A stretch of 64,000 nucleotides of DNA from Octopus sinensis (taxonomy: Eukaryota): contig NW_021832126.1 in the NCBI RefSeq assembly GCF_006345805.1, positions 426,910-490,909 of the forward strand, in the 5' to 3' direction. Of this stretch, positions 36,513 through 48,616 are shown in pieces (positions within the stretch are counted from its first letter, which is position 1; every line of letters starts with the position of its first letter). The translations under genes were made by a program, and so were the position numbers. Below the pieces are notes generated by a model. That model was given only the letters and a program-made list of their open reading frames with translations. It was not told the origin of the DNA and did no database searches.

Positions 36513-36640
36513 ACTACCTGAAAGCCTAAGGCTGGATAAGAAGTAATACGTGTGCAGCAATTAAGGTTTGGTTAGGGTTCCCTTTAGAAATCTGTACTGG
36601 TCATCTCTAAAATTGCTGTTAGGATACCAACGTCTATTTT

Positions 36641-37327
36641 TTTTTTTCAATTAAAAGAAAAGAAAATGGAACAGGAAGTCAGCTACTAGCCGCAGAGAGA
36701 ATAGAGAAACTGTTCCCCCTGAGTACGGCTATTGAGACGCGCTCAAAAAGCCGATTGACCTCGCGGGGGTCGTTTCTAATCCTCCCGAGGTGACGGCCTC
36801 TCTCGGTGAGAAAACGTAGCGTGGCTGGGCCGAATGTGCCTGATGTTTCGACTGAAACAGGCACAAAGAGGAATCTGTCGGCGAGCGAGGCGTACTTGTC
36901 TTTCTTCCGGGTCTCTGCCCTCCTCGCCGCTGTGCCAGCTTCGATCGCGGACACGAGAAGGCATGTTGACGCAAAAGTGTCAGAGCATGTCGCGTCCCAG
37001 ACGATCGCTTTGCCGCACTTGAACGGGAGAGCGAGACGCCGTCCGGCCTCTTGCCATCGCCCCTGTTAAGGCCAGAGGGCTCCAGCTGGCACGGGATGCC
37101 GGTTGCCTCGAGCAGACGCTTTATTATGGAATTAAGCTGTCCGTGCTGGGGAACCTCCCAGGGCATTTGCGGCAGGAGAGCGGGTGTAGACCTTTGCGGT
37201 CTATATGAGCCCCGCAACGGCATTGGTGAGGCTGGCAAATGTCCAAGCCGAGTCGGAGAGATATTCCGATTCTTAAACAGTCTGGGTCCAGGAAGGTTCC
37301 AGCTGCAGGGGAAGGATAGTCGTTGAT
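36641..37327 (-). mobile_element. 5'-truncated CRE element (RLE end only) nested in the Ginger
   Basis: QLEPSGLNRGDGKRPDG, FVPVSVETSG, ERVSIAVLRGN; poly(A) tail; TSD ccaacgtcta(tttt) at 36627-36640 and 37328-37341. Confidence 0.88.
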
Positions 37328-39744
37328 CCAACGTCTATTTTATTTAATAAATTTTACAAATAAATTCGATTTTATAACTATTAAAAAGTATTATTTTAAA
37401 ATGGTAAACCTCGAAATATAATAAACATTATGATTTTTAATCAATAATCGTAGAAAAATAATAAACATTATGATTTTTAATCAATAATCGTAGAAAAAAC
37501 GGTGTGGTTGGTTTTGTTAGCTCTCTTATTTTCTCAAAAGTCACCAAATTCATCGAAAATAAGCTAAAAATGGGACTTGGAAAAAATTAAGGTATGTTTT
37601 ATATGAGCAAAATTGAAATAAATGAGATTTTGAAAGTGTCCAACGAACGGCGCCGTCCAGCCTACGGCCGGTGACAAAAGATATCGCAGATCATCTAAAT
37701 ACTCCAAAATCGACAATCGGAGATTTTCTTTGAAAATTCAAAAAGTATGGAACTATTGATAGGATTCCTGGTTCTGGACGTCATAAAAAGCTTCAAAAAA
37801 CAGACCTTGAAATTTTATTGCATCTTGTTGAGTGCGATCCAAAAAAATCTTCTAACACGTTGAGGAATGAAATAAACCATTTAACTGGTAAGAGTGTCTG
37901 TAGAAAGACAATTGGAATTTATTTAAATTCCAATTTTCTCTTCGGAAGAGTATGTCAACGTAAACCGTTGCTTTCAAAGAAAAACATAATAAAAAGATAT
38001 GAATTGTCAAAAATTTTTATTCGGATGAACAATGACGCATGGAAAACTATTATTTTCTCTGATGAAGCATTTTTTCAGATTTTTCCTACTAAAAAAGGCA
38101 ATACAGTTATCGAAAAAAAAGTTCACGTTATGAATTGAGCCATATTACGCCGACAGTAAAATTTGGTGGAGGCAGTGTTATGGTTTGGGGCTGTATCTCC
38201 TATCAAGGAGTGGGCAATTTAGTTTTTGTTAATGGAACCCTCAATTCCGCTAAATATATAAATGTTATAACGAATAATTTGTTCGTTTCGGCGCGAAAAA
38301 TGGGACTAAATCAGTTCACTTTCCAACAAGATTTGGCTCCCTGTCATCAATCTGCATTGACAACCAAGTTTTCTGAAGAAAATAAAGTTCCAATTCTTGA
38401 TTGGGCTCCGCAATCTCCAGACATGAACCCAATGGAACATGTTTGGAGCATGATGAAGCAGAAGTATTCTTTAGATCCTGCAAAAAATAAACTGGATCTG
38501 GAAGTCAAATTAACAAAAATTTGGAACGAATTGCCGTCTGAAAGTATTCATAAGTTAATTGATAGTACGCCTAAAAGGTCATACGAGCTATTTATTAATC
38601 GAGGATACTCCAAAACATATTAACTGTTGATTTTGTTAACTCTTCTTGTTAAAACCGGTTTTTATTCACAAGCAAAAATTTAAATTTTTAAAATTTCCGC
38701 CGATTATTGAAATTTTTTAAAAGTAAAAAAGATTATACATATAATAAATTTCAAACTCTTTATTTCATTTAGAAAATTAATAGCTAATCGCCAAAAAAAT
38801 TATTAACTGCAAAACCGGTTTTTTTCTACCAGCACTGTATCATTGCGCCTAGGACTGAACGTATACCGGGAACACCGGTGTCGCTGTGGATCGACCGTTG
38901 ACCCCTTTGGATTGCACCCGTTATCGTGCCAGAGAAGTTCCGGACGCTTCCCTCGACATACTGCTCTGAGCGACATAGTCAAGCGGACTCTTGAAACTGC
39001 CGGATTCCCTTCACAGTTGGAACCGGTCGGGCTGGCTCGGGAGGATGGTAAACGTCCTGATGGTCTAACGACCTTCCCCTTTGAAAATGGCAAGTCTCTC
39101 ATCTGGGACGCTACTTGTACGGATACCTTCTCCGCCGGGAACATCTTGACGTCAGCTTCAGAGCCGGGCTCTGCAGCTAACCTGGCAGAAACGCTGAAGA
39201 TCAAAAAATACGGCGCCTTATCGCACCGTTATATCTTCGCCCCGGTCGCAGTGGAGACGTCGGGTGTCCTCGGTCCCAGGACTAAAAAATTTCTCATTAA
39301 ATTGGGGAATCTGGCAAGCAGAAGGAAAAACGATCATCGAGAACGGACATGGCTTTTCCAACGCATATCAATAGCCATCTTGCGTGGGAATTGCCATTCC
39401 ATCTTGTCCTCTGCCGATAATTAGTTACACAAAAATTAAAAGTGAAAAGTTCAGTTTTGTAAAAAAAATGGAGACAGCCTGTAGTCATCAGAAATTGTTA
39501 ACTACTATTGATTCTCCTTTGAGGAAACAGCTGCGCTTTTTGCAACTTGCCTCGATCATCATGTTTGGTGATTTTTTGACACATTTTCCCATTTTAAGCA
39601 CAAACTTATATTCTGGAAAATGGGGGACAAGTGAGTTAATCTATAAAAGAGTCTCAATTTATCCAGGTTTTAAAAATAATAAATTAATTGAAAATTAACA
39701 ATTCGATAAAGTTTTTATAAATTATATTCTATTTCGTAAATAGA

Positions 39745-41528
39745 ATGGAATCTTACAACAATGAAGAAATGTATCAATTCGCAGAAGACATTGCAAGGTG
39801 GTCGATTTTCTCATATTTACAGAGGAGGCTTCTCTGTGGTCAAACGGTGTATCCATAAAAAGACAGGAGTTAACTTTGCTGCGAAAATAATATACTTCAA
39901 AGACTTATTAGAGAAAAGTAAGATCACGTGACTACCAGATTACCGTGATATTGAGAAGGAAGTGGAAATATGTTCTCAGCTACATCATCAGAATATTGGC
40001 AGACTCAAATATTTCATTTTTAGTCCTTTTTTGCGACGCATTTGTCCGGGAACAATTTTTCTGCCTTGTCTTTGAATAGTACAAGTTATAAATTAACCAG
40101 CATTTCCGGTGGGGAACTCTTTGACGACATTATTTCGAGGGAACAGTACACTGAAGCTGACGCAAGGTTGTCTTTTTGTCCACCTTTAGTTCGTCGATTG
40201 CGCAGATTTGCAGAGGTCTTGCCTACTGTCACTCAAAGTCGATCATTCACCGAGATCTTAAGGTTACTTTCTCATTTTTATTCAAGCCCGAGAATCTGCT
40301 TATTAGTCACACTGCGGGAGGAAAGATCATCAAATTGGCCGATTTCGGTCTCGCAGTCAAGGTCAACAGCCAATGGACCAATTACGGTCGTTATTGCCCA
40401 TGCTTATAGAAAGGGTTTTGCGGAACTCCCGGCTATATGTCTCCGGAAATGATCCTTCAGCAGGCATACTCGTATCCAATTGACATGTGGGCGTGTGGAG
40501 TCATTTTGTACATTCTGCTATGTGGATATGCCCCCTTCTACCACGAGGATGAAAGCGAGTTGTTCAAAATGATCGCGGACGGACAATATTCAGTCAATGA
40601 CTAACTCGATTGCCTAGTTCCCCTCTCCGGAATGGGATTTGATATCCCCACTCGCAAAGCAAACAATCACGTGCCTTTTGAACACGGATCCACGCGTTCG
40701 TCAGTCTGCCGAACAATTGCTCAAACTTGAGTGGATTCAGGTCTTTTCATTGCACAGTAAAGCAAACAGAATCCAGAATGTGTGCTGAACGACGGGCACA
40801 AGGAGACGACTGTGGACAACCTTCGAAGTTTCAATGCCCGTAGGAAATGGAAAGTGATTTTGTGTTATATATTTTCAAAGGGAACTGCACTGACTGCGCT
40901 ATTGACGGCCAATAAATTCCGATTAAGTTGATTGCCTGCCGGTATTTGCAGGGCATAAAATGAATGGACCCAATGAGGTGTCCCAAGAGGACGGTCATTC
41001 CACAAATTTAGAAATGCAAATCAAAAAGGAAATCGTCAAGGTCACTGAAAAATTTTTAGGATGCATTATTAATCGGAATTATTCCAATTTCCAGTTTTGC
41101 GCTATTTTTGAATATTAGAAAACTCGTGGACAGCAAACTCACGTTCTATGAACCGGGGACACTCGGGAACTTGTACTACGGAATGGAATATCACAAATTC
41201 CAATTCAAATGTAATGGGCTGCATATCACATTTCGTAGACAAGCGGGTGGAGAACACGACAAGCATCACAATGCTTCAGCCCGAAGTTAAATTGCTGACC
41301 AAAGACGTGGGAATCATTACTTTTATTCGCCTGACACAAACTGTGGAAGAGTAAGCCCATTCGACGATCTCCAGTGAGAGTTTAGTGATTTCTCGGAACG
41401 AAGAAACGCACGTGTGGCAGAAGAAGGAGGACCAGTGGGTGAATGTTCATTTCCATCAATCGAATTTGGCCAACTCTTATTTCCAATCCAATTTATCGTA
41501 CAACGACGTAAACAGCAGGAAAACATAG
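39745..41528 (+). CDS. CAMK2: Calcium/calmodulin-dependent protein kinase II
   Basis: [63 protein letters not shown] and association domain [10 protein letters not shown]...TFYEP...HFH; 21-27 nt introns, one of them GC-AG. Confidence 0.93.
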
Positions 41529-41749
41529 AGTTGTCCAACTTAATGACTAACTGAGTTTGGCCTAACCTGTAACATATGCAATGTACGTGCACTAACTAAA
41601 ACATCTGTTCCGTCTAAGCTACACGTCATCTCTGATAGTTGTACTATGAGTTGTCGTTGTCGTTGCATAGCCTCGTTCACACATCAGTTTATAAGACCAG
41701 CGGCTAGCAGAAATAACAACCCCTTCAAGGATTGCTCCAAAAAGACTTC

Positions 41750-42530
41750 AAGGGAGTGAACAACAAGTTTTTAGCGAATAAGAAGATCGGGAAAACAGAA
41801 AAAGTAATCGGTTTAATGATCTTCGACACATCAAAGGTCACAATAACGCGAGATCGAGTTGTTCATTGTGTGAGCGTAGAAGTTTAATGAGTGGTGATGA
41901 CCCCAGCGGAAACGCCCAAGATTAATCTAAGCAGAACGCTCAAGAAACATTTCATAGGGATGAACATGTGGTGGAAATTTGTATAGGATGGAATTAGGCG
42001 TTAACCTTAGAATTGTCGGCGTTCAGATAAAATCATGAATTTTTTGCATTGGCTGTGAACATTAATTTAGGAAAGAATAAGGATTATTGTTTTGTAGACG
42101 TATTCTTCAGTGATCGGCCATTGTTATTTAGAGCAGTGCAAGAATGATAGCTCCGATAATATTTAGATGTTCTTCTATCGGGAGAAGATTGGTTTTGCAG
42201 TGAAGGTGGTCAATGTGTGTTCATTTCAGACACCCGGATATAATTTCGCATAGCCTTGTTTTGAACTGATTGGAATCCCCCGGCGAAGTTTGCAGATAAA
42301 CAGGGGGCCCAGCATCGACTTCGAAGTTTAGAACGAGGCAAATCCATTGTTTGTATATTTGTTTGAGAAATGATTTTTGGACACCAATGGTGCAACCACT
42401 TATTGCTTTTAGAATTTTTGTAAGCCTGTTTGCCTTGTTCAAAATGTTCGAGACATGTTTATTGAAGGACATCGTTGAGTAAAAAGTAAGTCCGAGAACA
42501 ATAAGGTGTTTTAATAACGGAAGGCCCTGT
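41750..42530 (-). mobile_element. Degraded LINE (I/Jockey-like) 3' remnant
   Basis: FNKHVSNILNKANRLTKILKAISG, QSVQNKAMR, TPIDHLH; many stops and frameshifts. Confidence 0.7.
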
Positions 42531-43048
42531 ATCGCCGGATGTAAGAGTAATCCGAAAAATCAAGCAGATGGTTTTTAGATGAAACCTTCGTTTCTTACAC
42601 CAAAACAATATCTACATCGTATTACTCTGAAACAACGTTCAGCGGTCTTGTGAGCGCTCCCATTTATATTTATCTGCAAAATACATAATAGATTCTTCCT
42701 GGCGGGTCTAGAATTTTGTTCGATGCCTCCGTAAAAGAGAAGGACGAGTTAGATGTATAAAAGGGAAGACGTTGGTTGAACGTCTTCACGCATGCTCTAC
42801 CGATCCGACAGGAGGTGGTTGCGAGTTTTTTGGTAGTTAATTCGACTAAAAACTATCATTTGCCACCACGAGAAGGTAACCCAGAATAAGGACGAGTTTT
42901 CCTCACTCATTCCTTTGACAGTCCAAATTTAGCTTATCTTAAGCCAATATTAGTTTTTGGAGGTAATGGATGAATTACACAATTTTTAATTTTTTAATTA
43001 AAAGTAATAATATCAAAATAAAATATCAAAGTTTGTCACATTGTGAGA

Positions 43049-45436
43049 ATGGATTGCAACCGGCAAATGGACCCAATGAATGAAGATTATGTTACTGTAA
43101 TTGGAAGTCTAAAGCAAAAACTAAACATTGACGTTCCCCAATACGAACAGTGTCTTACGTCATTTTCTCGGGTGATGTGCAAATTTTCTCCAGAAGTAAA
43201 TTTGTTCCAGCTACCTAAAAAGGGTAAACTGTCGAGTTGGTGTGCCTCCTGCATATTCGTAACTCTCAAGTCCTCCGAAGAGGCATGTCCAAGGACCACA
43301 TTTACCCTAAAAGAGATGTTGAAAGCAGCAGACATAAGGTGACCAAACTAACATAATCGCACAGTCTGGCGGGGTTTATTCTGACATCAGTTCAATGGAT
43401 CTCAATGGACGAGCAATGTGCACTGAAAGAAGTGATTTATCAGATTTTCAAGTCGACGACGGTGGGGCTTGTTCTCTATTCGGACTATTCACGCTGTCTT
43501 TCACGTTTACTCAACTCCATCGAAGAGAAGAGGCATTTCTGTGAGTGGAAGACCAACAGTGGATCACTGGACATATCCCAATTCGGGTGGATTCTCATCT
43601 CCCACTTCAGAGGTACTCCAGTTATGGCACTGTAGAGTCTCACCCAGTGATCTCGGTAAGCTACCCGAAGAGTTACCTCCTCATGCTGGCAGTACTCCAT
43701 TTTCTCTACACGGGACTGTGTGTCCAAGAAGAAGGAGTAATCAAGGAGGCCAGTCGTTCTGAACAAGACAACTCCTTTATCTTTCTCTTGGGGGAAAACC
43801 ACTTTTCAATCACTCAAATACGCGTTTTTCAGGCAAATAATCTGCGACCCCACCTGACCCGACTTGTCCAAGAGAACGTATTCATTTCGATCAGTCCCAA
43901 CGGAATTATTCACTCCTCTCTTGTCCACCGAAACTAGTAATCCCTCATTGCTACCTCGCAGCAAGGCACTGGTTGGACTATATGATGCACTCCTCAGGAA
44001 AAATATGAGTTTTGATTTTGGCTGTTGTGCACCCACTCTCGAGAATAAAGCCCTTGTCGGTGACTTGCGAATGTGCTACTTGGATGATGTAGTTCTCTTT
44101 TTGACATGTCAGGCTACAAACGATCCGGTGTTCAATTGTTGTGACAAATTGATGGATTTGCCGACCCCGGAGACACTTTCATCAGATCCTCTGCTCGATC
44201 AGATGGTCAAAAATATGGCAGGACAACTGGAGCGAGAGTTTTCTTTGTCTTTGGGAGATTCGGAGGTATTTTCTAATGAAATAATAAAGGACTTTTTTCT
44301 ACTCAAAAAACACGTCGACCTCTTTCATTTGTCTCAAAATCTGTTTTTTTACTTTTATCAGAAGACATTTGCCGTCGAACTACAGAAACCTTCTAATTGC
44401 CCAGTTGTTTGGTTATAACACGTCAGACACTGTGGAACAATCCAGTCATCATCAAATGTCTCTTCGCGGCTGCAGCTGAGATTGTTTTAATTTCATTCTG
44501 CTTGGACAGGTTTTAGTTCACCGTAATCCTGAGGCCATTTCCGTGGATTCTGACTGTATTTGATATTGAGGCCTTCGACTTTGTTCGAATTATCGAGAGT
44601 CTGGTTCGAACGGATCAGAAGAACGGGGGGTACATGACTATCGATATAGTGAAGCATCTCATTCAGGTTTTCTCACGTGGTTATTTTTTAGATAGAGGAA
44701 GTGTTGCTGGGATATCACTGCTGGAAACGGGATTCCAAATTGTGGGTGAATATATCACAAGGAGACCGTCTGGTGATTCCACTGGCCGTAGATGTATTGG
44801 TAGTGTTGAGTAATGCAGGTATTCTACCACGACCAGATCGAGTGGCCGATAGGCCAGCCGACTGTTTGTGCCCAGCCAAAGACGGGTGGTTCTACTGGAA
44901 TATTCCTGAGAAAAGTGTATTTCATGGCCGCTAGTCGTATCGTCGATCTGGGAGGACTGGTTGGGTTCTCACAGGACAGATCGCGGATGGCGTGGTCAGT
45001 GTTCCAGCAATGTCTTGTTCAGGCGCCTGAGATTATGATGGATCGACACGTAGACCTCCTAATCATTTCCTCTTTATATGCCACTGGTAAGGTCATGGGA
45101 GACAATATTCCGTTGATGGAAGTGTTGGAAATGTACAGTATTTGTCACTGGGCTGCCCATCTCAATACTCCCGTAGTCTGCTTCTATAATTCTGTTTTCC
45201 TACCGTCGGTCGAGTCATACTTGCGGACTGTGTCTCCAATCTCCTTCCATCCGCGACCAATACTGACTGCTTTTTCATCTCCCGTGAAAGTGATTCGCCC
45301 AAAGCAAATATTTGTGTCTCCCCACAAACAGTCTTATTCCAAGTCACCTCAGGACTACTCCTACATTATTAATAAGAGTCCAGCTAAGGTTGCTTTTGCT
45401 AATTATGGTAGGACCTCCGGTCTATCAACGAAATGA
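43049..45436 (+). CDS. Retinoblastoma-family pocket protein (RBL1/RBL2-like)
   Basis: FLRKVYFMAASRIVDL, AWSVFQQCLVQAPEIMMDRHVDLLIISSLYATGKV and FYNSVF match pocket B; the N-terminal WCASCIFV segment resembles RB-family N domains. Confidence 0.85.
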
Positions 45437-45468
45437 TAATGAGACATAATAGTTAATAAATTTAATGA

Positions 45469-46940
45469 TTAGCCGAATGTTAAATAATTGACAATATCCG
45501 ACACTGAGACTACCCCGATGAGTCTACGCTGCTCATCGACAAAGAAAGCACGGCTGGCCTGGAGTTGCAGCATTTTCTCCCAAACATTTATGAAGGTGTC
45601 GGATCTCTTGCAGGTGACCAGTCTTCGAGGTTCCAAGTTCCTGACAATATCGAGTGCGCGATGAACAGTGATGTGATTGGGAAAGAAGGAGGTCATTCTC
45701 ATAGAAAGAAGCTTTTCAATCACTCACGTACAACTACCAGAATATCAAGTTTGGAAAGTTGCCCAATCAAATGTCCTTTGCTATCCGTGAGAGGGACTGC
45801 CGATAGTTTGGTGTCCTCAAATATCTCGAGGACACGTGTGAGAGGACAGTCGCCCTCCACCTAGAATGTTAGCACAAATACGTACGGTGACCAATTCCTG
45901 GAATATGCCGACTCCGATTTGTTCCATGGGCGAATAAAGACTGCCTGGAACACTCTTACCCACAGTCTGTTGATTAGAGAGGGCCAGTACAGAGTAGTAG
46001 AGGAAGCGCAACACCCTCTTGTAAGTAAAGACGTAGAGAATATTGTTCTGGCGAGTCATAACGGGCAAACGGTGGCAAGAACAGTTATGGAGGCGAGATA
46101 CACCCTCGAAGAGGGTCACGTCCGGGCTGATTCGGAGTAGTTGGGGTTTTTCGGTGGTGAATGTACGTATGGTGGTCTTCCCAAAAAGGGCAAAGTCGTA
46201 GGAATCATCGCGAACAGACGAGCGATAAAAGTTGAGAAGGTCGGTGAGGGTGAGAATGCCTACAATAATAAAGAGAGACACCCGTGAGCGAGTCAGTGCG
46301 GGAGTCGTAGAGGAAAAGGGATCGAATAGAGTTATCCAAGATGGCCGTGATGGCATGCATGACCTGAAATAAGAGAGAAGGATACGTCCATGTCCACACT
46401 GATGACCACCACTTTGCAGTTAATGGGCATCAAATCGTAGATGCTGTGGCTCTGCAAAAAATAAAAGAAAAGTTGTTGCGCTGTGGTGGTAGAAGGGGGG
46501 TCATACGTGGAATGAGGGCCTCCGTGAGCAAGCCGAGTGACCCGGACCGACATACTCCGGAAGCGTGCTGGATGACATTCACAGATTACCAGGAGTCCGC
46601 AGTTCTTGCAGAAGCCTTTGGACACTCGCCGACGAAAGAGATTGGAAAGGCGAGACCACGAGGTGCTCTTATGGATGCCAGAGGCATGCAGTTTCCTCCA
46701 ATTGACTGCTTTGATTCCTTCATTCCATGTCGTCGTACTTTCCAATTTTTTGTGAAGTAACTAAAACTGGCCTCGCTGTCAAAGTAATGGTACGTTCTCG
46801 TCCCAGCTGTCATAGCAGTCACTCCCGTCCTTTACTGAGGATAATACTTTGAGGAGATTTTCTCCATTCTGAGAGAGCATTCCCTCCTCAGGCTGAGACA
46901 CCTTGGTCACTTTGAATCGAGATTTCTTGGGCTTTTCCAT
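45469..46940 (-). CDS. PRKAG: AMP-activated protein kinase gamma subunit (4 CBS domains) with N-terminal extension
   Basis: FLQSHSIYDLMPINCKVVV, GILTLTDLLN, LLRISPDVTLFEGVSRL...HRLPV, YKRVLRFL, LSAVPL, RLIGVVSVSDIVNYL. Confidence 0.85.
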
Positions 46941-47975
46941 TTGGACTGTACTCGACCTCACAAATAGCACAATTATATCCAGGCTATATTATTAATTTCA
47001 ATCTAATTAATTACCACGTTCTTTAATTATATCCATTAATCGCTACTCTTATAACTATATCACAAATATTAACGCCAATAGGTGATCCAAACCTTCAATG
47101 TTTTAGGAATTTTCCCGTATCCCGAACTAACTGTTTTTCCTCATCTAATTCTCAAAAAGAGAGAACCAGGCAGAGAAAATGAATTAAAGACATTTTTTTA
47201 TCACAGACTTAAATTCCAGATTTCCTCTACGATCTCTGTAAAACCAACTGTGGTCGTGGATGTGCAGACAAATATAGAAAATCGGAATGCAGACAGAGCT
47301 GACTCCGAGTTAGTGACTATCACCGAAAACGTAGAATCCGAGGAAGAAGGTAATGTTGATACCTTCAACTCCACTTGATGCATGGGATACCTTGCCAACT
47401 CAAGTTGAACCAAAACAGAAACAACCCCCTTTACGAAGACGGGTTGCGCTCAGGAACGAGGCCAGTTGCCCTCACATTCAAGTGTGCGCATAATAACGCT
47501 TATCAATGGCACCTCTCAACGGAGTTGAGGCCTTTTCTGACCTTGGCGAAGATAAATATTTTAATTGTTAACTAAACTAAAATGAAGGGATGTCAGCAGA
47601 TCAAATTCGAAGGCTACAGATCCTTCGGTTTGGGACGGTTTGGGAACGACAACCTCACTTTACTCAAAGCCGACATTGTTGTAAAGAACTTGAGGATCCT
47701 CGAAGAGAATCGTCGAGGACTGGTCGCATTTGAAGTCCTAATTTTCATTGAATGGATAACGATTTGTGGAATGTATCGATGGACCTTAGAAACTGCTCTG
47801 AAGTGATCAGGAAGACTTTGAAGACAATGAGATTGCCATTTTTGCCTGAGATCTCAATGCGAAAAAGTTGCTTATGGATGTGAGACTTCTAACCAGGAAG
47901 GGCTTTACTGAAGATCGATAAAAATATAATCTTCATTTTTGGATTTGAGGAACTCAATTAAAGTTAGTTGGGACA

Positions 47976-48390
47976 ATGGTCATGCATCAGCTGACTGGAA
48001 ACGGAAAATCGTCCGAATGGTCCCAAACCTGGAAAACCGAATACCAGCTAGGAAGTAATAAGCCAATTAGCGGTATCTGCACCTCGAAGATAATGGAAAA
48101 AATTATTTTCAATCGTTTATCGTCTTACGCTGAGCAAAATAATATACTTGCGGAACAACAGTGGGGATTTTGACATGGTCGACCAAGCGGTCACTATTTT
48201 GTGCTTCTTAAAAAAGAACTGCCAAAACCCGGCGGCGGTTTGCTTGGATGTCTTCAAGGCCTTTGACGTTTTCTGGCAGTTTGGGTTGTTAGAGAAAATG
48301 GCGGAATCGAGTTCTAGGCTGAAAACTGTCAGATGGCTAGAGAGTTTCTTGTCCGAAACAGTCCGAGAATTGCATGAGACACGATAGAGA
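47976..48390 (+). mobile_element. Degraded LINE RT fragment
   Basis: SKIMEKIIFNRL...QQWGF, CLDVFKAFD, WLESFL. Confidence 0.7.
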
Positions 48391-48616
48391 CGATTCTATC
48401 CAAAACCCGAATTCTTTGAAGGAGATAAGAAAAATCTCTTGGTGCAAAAGAGCATTTAATACCTTCGTGGAAACTTTCTCATGCCGACTAAGCGCTAATT
48501 TCTCGGATATTTTTTTCTTTTTAGGCTAATAAAACTATATTCTTCTTTAACTGTTTTTATATTAATTTTGTAAATAATATTTTAAGTAAATTGAAATAAA
48601 TTGAACGGGACTTTAA

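Larger units (their letters stand above)
34039..37676 (+). mobile_element. Ginger-like (gypsy-integrase-related) DNA transposon, internally deleted, nested in the Tc1
   Basis: About 42-bp TIRs beginning TGTCACCGGCCGTAGG; 5-bp TSD aaaga; remnants LINYIETG, HNLNHFGRDRLYSKL and INVGDSVIIR; catalytic core not seen. Confidence 0.7.
30521..38837 (+). mobile_element. Tc1 (DD34E) DNA transposon of IR-DR type, about 1.45 kb once nested insertions are removed
   Basis: TIR cagtgctggtagaaaaaaaccggttttgcagtta at both ends with TA TSD; internal aaaaccggttt direct repeats; transposase HTH split by the Ginger element at 34038/37677; FSDE, FQQDLAPCH and SPDMNPMEHVW give 34-residue D-E spacing. Confidence 0.93.
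28739..39466 (+). mobile_element. 5'-truncated CRE element split by a Tc1 insertion (28739-30520 plus 38840-39466)
   Basis: RT (KKEGGIRPI, QQGDPLGP, WYLDD) ends LRIGI and resumes SLRLGL...KRPDG...LIWDATC after removal of the Tc1; A8 tail; 13-bp TSD aatggagacagcc at 28726-28738 and 39467-39479. Confidence 0.93.

Noticed and set aside
36340-36545. Hammerhead ribozyme
   Set aside because: There is a stem resembling ggccgaaggcc, but no CTGANGA and GAAA core in the required arrangement.
47075-47900. Possible gene between AMPK gamma and POT1
   Set aside because: Open segments in several frames without a recognisable domain or a reliable splice path.
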